The notes under the pieces were generated by a model that made no database searches, was not told the DNA's origin, and was given only the letters and a program-made list of their open reading frames with translations. Both the position numbers and the translations under genes were made by a program. A DNA stretch of 59,008 nt, the filler included, from Streblomastix strix (lineage: Eukaryota), in NCBI GenBank assembly GCA_008636045.1. It is 3 parts of 3 records of this genome, joined end to end, with 100 filler letters (N's around TTAATTAATTAA, not from the genome) between each part and the next. Parts side by side here need not be neighbours in the genome. Positions count along the whole stretch, not along the records: positions 19,713 to 39,323 come from SNRW01000502.1; 2 more parts are not named here. One strand, written 5' to 3'. Below are positions 25,213 to 38,700 of this stretch, in pieces; position 1 is the stretch's first letter, and each line of letters opens with the position of its first letter.

Positions 25213-28200
25213 TTGTTTTGGTGATGATGGAGGAAGAAGTGGAATATTCATCGCTTCATGAACTTTCTTCATTTATTATTAATATTCATCATTTACTATA
25301 TATTCTTCTTTTCCTTTATTATTACCATTTATATCTTTATTTTACTGTCTCTAATCTAAATCACTTTCAATTTCTTTTTGTTATTCTTTTATTTCGGACT
25401 ATAAATGCTCTTTATTTTCATTTGATGTTTCTGAAGATGAAGAAGATTAATCTGTAGATGAATCGGATTAAGTAGAAGATATTTGCTATTGAGGATCTCT
25501 TCCATTAATTTCATCTTTCTCTTTGATTTATCCATCAGTGTCTTTCTCTACAGATTCTTAATCAGCAATGAGATCTTTTTCATTTAATTTCTCTGGTTTT
25601 TCTTTTTCTTTTTCTTTCTCAATTTCTTTCTAATTTTCATTTTCTTTCTTTTTATCTTAATACTCTCTTTATTCTTTTTCATATTTCTTCTGCAAAAAGA
25701 ATTTTCTTGTAATTTCTCCTTCTTTCCGAGCAAAACAGATTTCTCGCCAATTCCAAGGAAGACCCCGACGACGGAAGAATAACATGTATGCATCTCTGAT
25801 GAAGAATGAGAAAGAAATAAAATAAAAATTATTAATAATTAATGCATTTAAAGATATATTAAATATAACTATTATCAATTTTGCAAACTTATTATTAACT
25901 ACCCCTTTTGGTTAAAGATTTAACATCGCTTCTGCTTAAGCATTCGAATTGATAGAATATGATTTATCATATGAACATTCACTAACTGACCCATCATTGC
26001 ACAGTTACCATTTCTAATTAGATATATTATATGTATATGCAGTATAATGACCTGATTCAGCTGTAGATCCTGAATGACAGCAGATTGCAAATAGGTCATA
26101 AATGGCAGGAAAATGTTCGTGTTCAAAATCTGGGAGTTCAAATTCAGGAGGGACACAAAGTGGTGGATATTTCGTACGTTGTATTTATATTTATTAATTT
26201 GAATAGGAAGAAGAAGATGGTTATGATTATGATGATGATGATTAACCCTATGATATATGTTGAGGGTAAGGAGGAAGATGAATATCTTCATTATATCTTC
26301 TATATTCTTCTTAATCCAAAAAGCTTTTTCTACTTTTTCCTTGATTCCAATCTCTATTTTAAATTTCATTTCCTCCTTTCAATCCTCCTTTATTTTCAAT
26401 GGGCTTTGGCTTTCCATTTAAAATTTAGATTAAAATTTAATTTTCATTTTCTTTAATATTTCCTTACGTTCCTTCCCCTTCTCGTTAATTAATATTTTCC
26501 TTATTATTTCCAATTTCATATGCATCACCTGGCTCTGAAACAGTAGTTGCGAGTTGAATTTATTGTATTTATTCTTTATTTTCTTCTACATAATTTAAAA
26601 AATCTTTTTTCATATATTGTGGAGTTGGCTCTTTCTAAACATCATTCACTATTATTTCTCCATCAGGTTTTGATCCAATGTTATTTATGTAATTATTTGG
26701 TTAATGACTTTATTAATGTATTTCATATTATGAAAAAAGAAAATATTTATGGCATATGTCACATTCTATTGCAGGATCATCATTCGAACTTTAATCTGGA
26801 TCAACTTCCTTAACATTATTTTATTATTCTAAATTTGAAATAATACTTTAATTGATTGTATTAATATCATTATTGTTTATATTATTATTTCTATTCTAAT
26901 TATAACGTGTAATAGCCCCTCCATTTGCTGTAGATCCAACGCTTATTTATGAACCTACACTAATTGTAGTAGTCCCATCTATATCATGAATTATGCCACC
27001 TTATTTTTGTTAATCAAATTTTAATTATTCTTCATATTCTTTTGGGTTTTCTTTTCTTAATTTCTCGGATAATGTTAATTATTCATCATTATTATTGTTA
27101 TTGTTTCCACTGCCATTACCATATTAAAATGCTGAAGATGGAGCAACACTAATTTCCTGATTTTAATATATTTGTGGATTTGGATTAGGATTATTTTATG
27201 CTCTTTCGTATTCATTTCCATAATACATTTCATCAAAGTTAGATTCAGATTCTTTATCTTCATCTTCATTCTAATTCTCATCTTAATTCTCTCTTTCTTA
27301 TTCTTATTCTTTCTCTTTGTCTATTTCTTTTTATTTTTCAATTACATTATTCTTATTTTCAATTTCTTTTTCTTTATCTTTTTATTATTTATTTAATTTT
27401 CGTGCTTCTTTTTCTGATTATTTTTTTGCAATATATTATTAATGAAGAAGTTCAATTGAATATTTCCTCCATATATTACGAATGAATTCATCAGTTTCTT
27501 CCTAAAAATAAAAATAAATAAATAATGGTTAAATAATAATAGAAAAATAAATCATACTTAAGGGCATAATTCATAATCAGTTAAAATAAGTTCAGTCAAT
27601 GGGTATTCAATAACAATTTCATTTTTTCTTGGTACTTAAACAGCAAGCATTTAATGATGAAGTTAAGATTTAGCTGCTGACTGTGTAGATGAAGATGGTT
27701 GTTCTAATCCAGGTGGAGGTGGACTTATTCTATTTTAATCTACTTATTATGGTGATTATATTGATGATTAATATGATGATGAAGATGATGAAGATTAAGA
27801 TGAGGAAGAAGAAGAAGAAGGTGAAGAAGGAGAAGGAGAAGCATTTGATGGAGAAGATAGTAAATAAGAGGATTAAGGTGATTATTATGAATAAGAAGCA
27901 GGTGGATTAATATTAAGCTGATTATTTGCTCTTTGTGGTGTTCTTATATTAGGAGCTGGAGGAGTTAGAAGTGAAGGTTGAACATTGGTTAAAGGTGAAA
28001 ATATTGATGGATTTGATGTTGAAGATTATGATGATGAATTTTGCAATATTTGTTATTACTGCAGCTAATGTGATATAACTGAAGGATATGGAGTTGAAGA
28101 TTCTTCATTTGCATTTGGATTTATTTGACTATCTGGAATTGGAGAAATCTATTCTTAGTTTCTATCGCTTTGTTATTATTCATAAATTTACTGAATTTCT

Positions 28201-31200
28201 GTTCCATTATGTTGTTAATTATTATTACTATGATTTTCATCTTCATTTGAATTTCTATCTGTGTTTTATTATGAATTTATAGGAGAAGAAGATGCATTTG
28301 ATGATTATTAAGAAATATTGTTTGGCATTGTAAGTGGAGCATATCCAGATTATTGGGTGAATGTTCCAACTGGTTATGAATTTGTTTATTAATTTTATTA
28401 TTGATTTAATAGCTATTGTTATTGTTAATATTCTTCATTTAATGTATGATTATCAGATGAAAGAATCTAAGATGATTAAGAAGGTGAAAGAGCTGTTTAT
28501 TAGTACTGATGTGTTTGTTAATCTTGATATTGTGATTAATTGAATTAATATTATTGAAGTTAGACAAATGGTTAAAGAGAAGGTGAATTTTAATTAACAA
28601 CTGAATTAGAAGTTGATTAATGCTATTATTAGGAAAATGGTTAATTAATGTTTATTTATATCAATTGATGTGGTTATGGTATTGATGAAATATTAATGGG
28701 AGAAGGAGAATTCAAATTTAGATTAATAGATGAAATTACATTTGCATCCATATTTATAGATTATGATTATGATTAAGATTAAGATTAAGTATTTGAAGGT
28801 GATAATGAAGGAGAAGTGTTCTATGATGGAGATGGAGATGTTGTATTGAATTATTATTATGATGAAGAAGAAGAAGAAGAAGAATATACTTATTATGAAG
28901 TTGTTTATATTGGTGATGTAGATTCGTGCATTGGTGATGATGATGGATTAGCATGTGTTGTATTTTAATCTTCATGAATATTGATTTATACTTCAACAGA
29001 TGGTGAATTAGAAGGTGAAGTAGATGGTGATGATGAAGATGAAGATAATGTATCTTATCCAATAATTGGTGGTGCGTTGACATTTACATCTATATCTGTA
29101 TTAGCATTAGCATTAACATTCATATTTGAAGTAGCATTTAATCCATTTTAAATATTAGTTCCTGATTATTATTATCCTTAAATTAAATTTCCTGCATTAT
29201 CTTAATTTGTCTATTCTACATTAGGAGTTGTAGTGCGAATTTCAGAATTAACTTGACTAGATCCTGAAACTGGTTCTTTTACATTATTAATATTATTCTC
29301 ATTCGTTTTTTTTTCTTAATTTTATACTTGTTCATCATCTACTTAATTAGTTATTTCTGGTGGAATCGTACGAAATCTATTTAATTATATCACAAATACG
29401 GGTGGAAATCTCCATATATCCAATTTCTTCTTTGCTCGTCGAAGTTAATTGCAAGTTGGACATTTCCATTGATTATCATACGACAACTTTTCTTCAGCTA
29501 AATAAAGATCTAAACAATCGTATAAAGAAGGGTTTCCTGAATTAGTTGAATGTGTTATTGGATATAATGATGAGGGTTATGAAGTAGAAGATGATGATGA
29601 TGAGGAAGATGATGATGAGGAAGATGAGGAAGAAGATGTTTAATGGTTTTTTTCTATTCTTTTAATTCTCTTCTTTTATAATTCTTCTTATTCTTTCTTC
29701 TTCTTTTATTCTTTTAATATATACTTTTTTACTGATTTATGGATTTTGATTTTAGTTATTTTCTCTTAATCAATAACATCTGGATGAAGCCAAATTATTG
29801 AAATTCGTTAAAATTCTTTTTTGAATTAATTAATAATATCAGAGTCTATAAGTGATGTCTTTGCCTCAGTAGCTGCTGATTCAATAATTTTTGATCGTTC
29901 AAATTAATTCAGATTGGAAAATTTCGATTATTACGAAGAATATAATGGTGAGGATTAAGAAGTTGAAGAAGAAGTTGAAGAAGTGGTTGAAGAAGAAGTT
30001 GAAGAAGAAGATGAAGAAGATAATGATGAAACATTTTCGTTCTGATCTTCCATTTCAATACGATTTCCTGGTGCTGTAAAACCTCTATTTTGTAGTAATA
30101 TTTGTTCATTGCTGATTTCTTTTTCTATTGTTTATTCTTTTTCTTTTATTAATTCTTATTCATAACCTCTTTTCTATAAAGCTCTCGATATTGAATCTGG
30201 GTCTGTTCCATCTAATGGTAGTTCAATCATTTCTGTATTGTAAGGTTTCATGTCTCCAATAATTATTCTGAAATGTGTATTTCATATTAGTTATTAATAA
30301 AAAAATAATTATATTTGTTAATGTATAAAAATATGTAATGCTTTAATATTCTTAACATATATATCTCAAATACAGTACATATTAAAATATAAAATATACC
30401 TGTATGGCAATAGATTCCTTGGAGGAAGAGGAAGAGATTGTAGCCATTTCTCAGTTTTCTTATTTGATACTTCTTCATCTTCATCTGAGTTATCATTTCC
30501 ATCTTATGTATTTTCATTAAAATTTCTTGTATATCTTTTTCTTTCAAATTTTTAATTATTGTATCTCAATTTATTTTTCTCCTTCTCTATTTATCTAATT
30601 TTCTTTATTTGGTTAGTTTTCATCTTATTCAATTAATAAAGTGATTATTTATTAAAAAAAACGGAATTATCATTATCAAATTCATTTTAACTATCAATTT
30701 CACTTTCACTGTTAGCATTATCAATGTTGGTATTATCTTTCTCTTTCTCTTTTTCTCTTCCATAGAAATTACTGATTCCCTCCAAATATTATTTTCTATA
30801 TAATTCATTATCTTTTTTTCTTTTTCTTAAATCGAATTCATAATCATCAAAACTAGAATCAATCATATTGTCAGTCAAATCAGATCCTGACTCACATTAA
30901 TCATCATCATCTTAATCTTGATCGTGGGAATTCTTATAATTTTTACTTTTAAAGTTTGATTTATTTTAATTTTCATTTGTTTATTATTCATCTTAATTAT
31001 TATTAAAATTATTCTCAATCAAAGATTTCTCTTTTAATTTCTATTTCTTTGATTTTAAAAACTTAATTCTCCCTCTCAATTATTTACGAATTTAAATCTC
31101 CCCTTACAATGACTCTTTCTTGTTATTATAATATGCTTATTCATTTCCCTAATAAAATGCATCTAATTATTTTTTATGAGGTTCCTTATACATTTCTGAA

Positions 31201-34200
31201 ATCTTTGTACTGTCGGCTTTCCATTATTTATTTGGATGACGATCAATTACTTCAATTTATTCACTCTAATCTTCTTCTTAGCCAAGATAGTTATCTTTTT
31301 CTTTTTGTAAACTTGTATATTTTAAATCTTATTTATATTTATTTATATTTATTTTTTTGTTTGTTTTAATTTATGGTTCTTTGTAATAATAATCTGAATT
31401 GCCAATAAAGCGACATTCATGACCATAGAATGGTTCAGGGTCATCTGTTATATCATATTCATCATCTTCAATTTCGGTTAGGATATTTTCTTATTCTTAT
31501 TCAACATTATTATTATCATCATTACTCATTATCAATTCATTATTCTATATTATTTATTGTCTCCTTTTATTTCTTTGTTATTTCCTTCTTTCGTTTTCTT
31601 TTTCTTTATCTTTCAACTTCGATTTCCATTTTTTCCAATTTGTTTCATCTATTTTTTCTTTATCTATCCAATATTTATATCCTTTTCCATTAATAATATG
31701 TTATTTAACATAATCCCAGATTCTTTAATGAATTGTAAAACACGAATCCCTTTATACATCAATAGAAATAGGAAATGGAACTCCAATAATTTTTGTAGTA
31801 ACTAAAATTTCATTATTTACTAAGAACTCTGATTGTAACACATAAGATGCTGTTTATTTCAATTATCCAGTGAGTATTGCATTTTGAATATTTAAAACAA
31901 TTGGCCATGATTTGTTCAATTCACTTTCTCTTTTCAATCTTAATTATTCTCTTTTCTTTTTTCGATCTTCTCTATCTACAGCATTTTTCGCTCTATAATT
32001 TTCATTGTTTTCTAAAATAGATATTTTTCTTTCAATTGATTTCTCGGGATCGCTTTTCAATTTATCTTAATCTTCATTTTATTGTTTTACATCATTTCTA
32101 TCTTCTAGTAAATAATAATTATTATCATTATTTTCATGGTTTTTATTAAATCTGGAACTATTATTCTCAATCATTTTATTGAAATTGGCTTCTCTTCTTT
32201 CTTTTTCATTAGTATTACTTTAATCATTAATATTAATTTCTTTTTCAAAATTTAAATCTTTCTAATCAAAAATTTAACTTACATTCTCTTTTTCTTTTTC
32301 TTTTTCTTCCTCTTTTTCTTTAGTTCTAAATGTCCTAATTTTATCAAGTTCCAATTAAAGCATTTTTAATTCTTCAGCATCTTTAATACTTTCTTTTTCA
32401 TCATTAGTCTTATTCATATTATCTCTTTCAATTTCATCAAACTCCTTTGTTAACTAATTATGAATATTATTCCATTCTTTTATAATTTTTTCATTTTGTT
32501 CAAAACCACTAAATAATATAATGAATATTTTGATAAATAAAATAAAATAAAATAGAAAATTTAATAAAATGAAAATTATATAAATAAAAAATTATTAAAA
32601 AAGTTACTGAAAAAAAATAAATATTTTCAAACTTAAATTTTCCTTCTGAAAGATCATGATTTACTTCAGCAATTGTTACGAAATATACTCCATTTTAATT
32701 TTGAAGACTTATGAAAATAAATGAATAAAATTTTAATTTTTAAAATAAAAACTAATCTAAACTAAAAAATATATCTTTATTCTTAAATTGTCAACTATAC
32801 CTCATCAAAGGTTTTGCTGGTTCATAAAAACCATAAAAATATCCATGAAAAATATCAAGAGCAACAAGATTACCTATTTTAAACAAAAAATATATAAAAT
32901 AAATAAATAAATTGTGATAAAAATATTATTTATTATTTTTTCGTTATTAATTTATTCAAATTATAATTCTAATGATATCTCACATCTATTTGCATACCAA
33001 CTCCAACCCCAACAATCTCACTTACTCTCTTCATTACTTACCAGACTGTATCATCACTTGCCATTTCAACAATCAGACAAAGTCTTCTATGTTTATTTTT
33101 CAATATTTCTCTCTGTTTATTCTTTATTGTTTTTTATTTAAATTATCGTTTTTATTTTTGTTTTAATTTATTTTATTGATTTTGTTTAGATTATGTTGAT
33201 TATATTTCTGAGCTAATTAAATCTGTTTCTATCTTTCTATCATTGTCATCTTTTTCAATTTAATTTTATTATGTATTACTACTTGGAGATTGAATTTTCA
33301 AAGAAGTTGAAAACCCAAGAAATGAACTTGGTTTCTTTGGTTTTGCACTTTGGACTTTAATTTTAATATTCTTTTCTTCCATTTTGATTTCATCCTTTTC
33401 TTAAGAAATTTTTTATTCTTTATATTCTTCATCTTATTCAGAATCATCTTCATCTTTTAATTATAGTGGTAGCCATGTAACATGAACTGCAACTCGTTAT
33501 TCCATAGGAATTGGAAGGCATAGTATACCTGTTGTATTGAATTAAACTGATCGATGTTAACATTAAACGCAATCAATTGTGGATTTTGATTCACCATAGA
33601 ACAATTCGGATATAAAAGAATCACTTCGATATTTCATATATTGTCGAGCTTAACTGGCAAGTTCTACTTCTGTTAATGAAAAATCTCCTCCACTTGTTAT
33701 ATTTGTAGCTTTATTCTTTGCTCTATTAAGATCTTCATGCTATAATTAATAAACGAAAATAATAATATAATAAGTATAAGAAAAGTTAAAAAAGATGTGA
33801 AAATTCACACAAGTCCATCAAGAAAAACAGTTACTAGCTCATGAGCATCATGCTGTTAATATCCTGCAAATTAACGATGGAATCAACCAACAACATTTTT
33901 CATTCTTTCTGGTCGAACAGCTCCTGATCCTTCTCCCCATAATCCCCAGATAAACTCACTGTATTCATAAGCTCCTTTCCCTTTCCATCCAAGAAGACTA
34001 TTAATGTTAAGATCTTATATGTATCGCATTGAAAGAAACTCACTCGAAAGTGGAACAACACTAGCAAGACATTAGAGTCCAGAGTTGAAGTAGCATGTAT
34101 TTCCTAAATTCACTAACCCATGAACTGCTAATTACTTTTATATTAAGTTTCTATTATGATCATCTCTCGATGTCTCTTAAACTTCATCATTTATTTGTTA

Positions 34201-35216
34201 ATCTAATTTTATTATTTATTCATTAAGAAAATTAAATATTGTTATAAAATATATTCAATATATTTATAGAAAAATTATACATTCTGCAGTTGAATTTCTT
34301 TAAGATTCCTTAACGCTTTCTCTCTTCAATTAGCAAGTTATAGCCGGATGTTAATCCAATCCACAATCAAAGCTATTCAATTCATAAATATATTAATAAA
34401 ATAGCGAATAAAATATAAAAAATTAAAACATAAAAAAATTCTTAATGAAAAATATACCAAAATAATTTTCCACATAAACATTTCACATCTTTTTGAAAGA
34501 ATCCTTATTTGCGCTATATTATTTATGAACATCCTACATTTGGACAGAAGACAAATTGATCTTTTTATGATTTGATATAATGGTCTTACAAAAATCGTTT
34601 GTATTCATCAGAAGCTTTTGTTCTGCATATTATATACAAGAATTAAAATTATTATTTAGCAAATATTATAACAAACCCAATTAATTGAATTTCAACTTCG
34701 CCAATTTATGTTGCACTAAGAAAATCAAGGACTTCCATAATCTTAGAGGGGTATATCTTGGCTATACAATTAACACCTGGGCATGCAATTTGGAATGAAG
34801 AATAGCCATCCAATAATCGAGTTTGAATCAGTTTTCCAAAACAATCTGAACAGAATTGGTGACCACATGGAAGATAAGTTATATTACCAGGTTTGAGTGG
34901 CTGAATGCAGATTTTGCAGTCTTATGTTTCAATTGATGATTCTATTGGCGAGTCGCTTATAATACCAGCAGCCAAAAATAGCGAATCTTTATCGTCAACA
35001 AATTAATTTGTAAGCCTTTCTTGATCCCACCTTTAAATAATAATTTTAATTTGATGAAAATCTAATAAAAAGTACATACTCTTAAGAAATCAGTAGAAGA
35101 ATAGCTTCATCTGTGGAAATATTAGTAAGTTCGCTAATTCCTTTTATTATTTCATCCATTTATTTCTATACGTCGTCTCGTTTGATAAATGTGAATGGAG
35201 TAGGGATGTCGACCAT
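23281..35216 (-). CDS. Very large USP (peptidase C19, USP4/15-like) deubiquitinase with an Ariadne-like RING1-IBR N-terminus and a C-terminal UIM; in-frame TGA at 33883-33885
   Basis: N-terminus WDQERL, CKIC...LPCGHQFCSDC...IACP (RING), FCPNVGC...VKCLCG..FCFDCGLDQHPAITC (IBR). Cys box GLVNLGNTCYFNSGLQCL, QHDAHE..FLDGLHEDLNR, SLYDCLDLY..EE...WKCPTC...KKLDIWRFPPVFVIQLNRF. His box YDLFAICCHSGS..SGHYTAY...W..CND, AYMLFFRRR. UIM LTEEEQFQLALKNSL. Confidence 0.85.
25172..25210. repeat. (GAA)13 microsatellite encoding poly-Ser inside the USP gene
   Basis: Perfect GAA run, read as TCT (Ser) codons on the minus strand. Confidence 0.9.
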
Positions 35217-35779
35217 TCTATTATATGAACTTTTATACTTCTATTATGTAATTAAACTGAAATTTAAGACGAATATAAATAGTTTAGAGGGAAGCAAAGC
35301 GAAAAAAAAATAAAGAAAATTCTAATAGTAATTGTAAAATGATCGAAAATAACTAAACAATATAATGCATGAATAATACTTTATAAAAAATATTTATGTT
35401 TAGAAAATGTGCAATTAAAAGGAAATACAACTTGTACGGCGCGAAACTACATTATTTTCGAGAGATAATTTTTTTCTTTGGAACTTTCAATAGAAAAGAA
35501 TTACATCGAATCTGCAAATATATTTAATAAATATATTCATATAAAATTATGTTTTAATAGTAAACATACTGTGATAATGTTAGGTTACTAAGAAACGAAC
35601 TGTGCCAATATTTTAATAGAAAAAAACACTAAACATGTATAAAGGATCAATATAATAAAAATAATTTTATTGATAATATTTTTTAAAATTTAATACTTTC
35701 ATAAATAGTAAAAAAAACGTGGTTTAAAATTTATTGAAAATGTTTTACAAAAAAATTTAAGTTTTCACCGATGCATTGA

Positions 35780-37840
35780 CACTATAATAATGTAATCTAA
35801 TTTTGTCAATTTAAATTGTATAGTGCTTCAGGTGCATCTTCCATTAATGCCTCATCATCATCTTCCTCTTATATAAAACAAACTATCTCAAACATTCAGG
35901 TTTAAGAACATTATGCCATTTCCTTTTTCTAATAATTGTTAATCGTTTATGTTCGCACTTGGCCTTAAGCAATATTTCAAATATTTTTAGTTGTATATTA
36001 ATAGGTTTTTATTATAATAGTTCTCTACATAAAATTCCTTTTTTAATTTTTAATAATTATTAACTATAATCTCTTCAGTTTATATAAGACTTGCTCTTTT
36101 CATACCGATTTTAGGCTATGTCAAATATATGTCATTTGCATCATATTTCAATACATCATGTTGCATTAAGAAAATAAATAAATTATCGTAAAATTTCTTA
36201 TCCATATTAAAACTTAATTTTATAAAATATAATCTATCTACCGCATATTTATTTTCACATTCGCATACAACAAATCTTCTATCACCTGTTTCAATTCTAA
36301 CAAATAATATATTGTTAATAACGAATATAAAATTAGCTACATTTTCTGCATATCTTCTCGGCTAACTTTTCTTATTAGTTCGTATAATCTGATCAGGTAT
36401 TATAATTTTTTTAATGTTTGACTACTCTATATCTTATTACCTTAACAATTATTCTTTCATTTGCTATAATTATTACCTTTCCTTCAACAGTTTAATTATA
36501 TTTATCAGTCAGTTCATATGTATCAGCGCAATTACGACAACTATATCCACTTGCTAGTTCACATAAAACTCAAGGTTTGATAAAATTTTATGCTACTTCG
36601 TCTTCTGTTTCATACTTTTTCATTATCACTGACCCAGGATCAAAATCATCCTTTATAACTAATTATTATGCACCAATCAGTTTGATTTTCATTATTTTAT
36701 GATTATTTTTTTACGCAAATAAGGCTTCTAAATTTTTTCATATAATTTTCTGTTACGATATTTGATTAATTTTTTAAAAATTAAATTTAATTTTTTTATT
36801 AATAAATAATTTCTTTTTTTTAAGTCCATTTTATTCTAGCATTATTAGATATTTTATTCAAATTATATACATTATCGTATATTTATTCTATATTTTCTTC
36901 GTTAAACCTGCATTCAATCAATCCATTTATGCTAGAAAATTATAATAATAGCGTTACTTTTTTCTCTACTGTTTATGCATCGTTACGGACTTTTAAATCG
37001 ACAAATTCTTTTACTAATGATTGTGCAAGTTCCCTCTCAATTCTTAAAATTTCTTCACTTATCATATACGATCGTTCTTCTTCATTTTTCTCTATAAGTA
37101 CAGAATCAAATTTATTAAGAGCATAACGTAATGGTTATAAAAATGTTTTTGAATAAAAATCATTCAAAATAATTTATTTTATTATGTTATATTAATTATC
37201 AGCTGCATCTCTAATACTTGAATCAGCTTGAGCAACTCCTCTAAAAGAATCATTAATCGTTGCAAATATATCGATATCGTATATTTTTGATTTATAAGCT
37301 TTAATAATAGAATTCGATTCCGACATATAGTTTTCCAAATCTCAATAAATATGTAAATCTATATTACAAGTTTGAACGAGACTTAATGACTTTTTGTAAC
37401 TTCTTTGAACTTATAAAATCTTATTTCGCATATCATCTTTTTACATTTCATCTAAGTTCTTATATAAATCAATATCAACTACTGATATATTTGGAATTTT
37501 ATATATCGACAATTTATCTTGAATTATGACTTGATTTATTATGGGTTGGAAACTTGACGTAATTACGAAAATGAACAAATACGTTGCCCATTCTTTACCT
37601 TAATGCTTCAGGTTGTTATATATCTCCCATTTATTCAACTACATTTAATAAATTTAGATACTCTAACGAAAATTTGTTTTTTAATCTATTTGCCAGAATT
37701 TGCATGTGTCATTTTTAGCAATTATTATTAAATAACAAATCAGATTTTTTTATGAGAAACAGGTTTAATTTTTCTACAAATGCGATTTCGTTAATACTTA
37801 TGATCAATTTAATTTCTAGTTATTCAATTTTTTAACTCAT
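35780..37840 (-). pseudogene. Degenerate prim-pol + SF3 (D5-like) primase-helicase, copy 3, with an internal deletion removing the Walker A region
   Basis: NYVKFPT...SVVDIDLY...LVQTCNIDLHIY...YDIDIF (prim-pol part), then VLCELASGYSC...QPRRYAENVANFIFV...IETGDRRFVV. Clearly homologous to the copy at 48.5-50.9 kb; frameshifts present. Confidence 0.75.
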
Positions 37841-37849
37841 TCTGAACAA

Positions 37850-38700
37850 CTGCATTAATGCAGTGGCATTTCAGATTTTCAGAGAATTTAAAGTGCTAGT
37901 GCACTATGAATACCAAGAACACATCACATTCATATATAAAATGAATCGTATTTCATCAATCTTTGACACTAGCATATAAAAATTTTGAGTTATCACATAG
38001 CTCATTATTCCTCAAAATTTTAACTAATTCTTCAATGTTCTCATAATCGCATTAAAATCAAATTTCACAGTTCGCTTTGAAATAATTATTCAATGTTTAG
38101 TGAATTTAATTTATTTTTTAATCAATTATTCATAAACTTATTTTTAAGACTTTTCAGAATTAAACGATAACTAAGTCATTTTGTTATCAAAAATAATATT
38201 AAAACATTCAATGCTTTAATGTAAGGTCAATAATTAATACGAAATCACCAACGCCATCATCATATATGTCATCATCACTAATAGTTTAGCAAATCTATTC
38301 AATCAAATATTAAAATTCAAATATATACTCATGTTATATATAATTATTTCATGATTTTTCACAACTTTAAGTAGCAAGATATTCAGTAAAAACATTAACT
38401 ACATCATCGTTTGGAAGTGAATTATCATCATCAGATTCGTCTTTCGACTCAATGTTATTTTCTTCATAATTATCATTGATTGACATATTCGTTGCATTCA
38501 TTTATTATTTAATAAAAAATTTAATAAAAAAAACATATTTTTACGGGTCTTTAACATTTTTAATCAAATCAATCAAATTTCTTTATTTTGCACACAAATT
38601 CGTCATCAACCAACCGCAAGATGGAACAGTTCGATCTAACATTTATACGTCATTTTCGTAATCATCACACATAATATCACTAGAACAACTTTTCATCAAA
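37850..38700 (-). pseudogene. One or two small degenerate intronless ORFs co-oriented with the primase-helicase (possible viral accessory genes)
   Basis: MKSCSSDIMCDDYEND... and MNATNMSINDNYEENNIESKDESDDD... followed by frameshifts. No recognisable family. Confidence 0.3.

Noticed and set aside
25134..30109. Poly-Lys, poly-His and poly-Met ORFs in the track
   Set aside because: Off-frame or antisense readings of the low-complexity tracts of the USP gene.
13656..33885. Selenocysteine or Trp as the meaning of the internal TGAs
   Set aside because: The sites align to Arg rather than Cys or Trp, these families are not selenoproteins, and the conserved Trp residues I checked in these genes use TGG.
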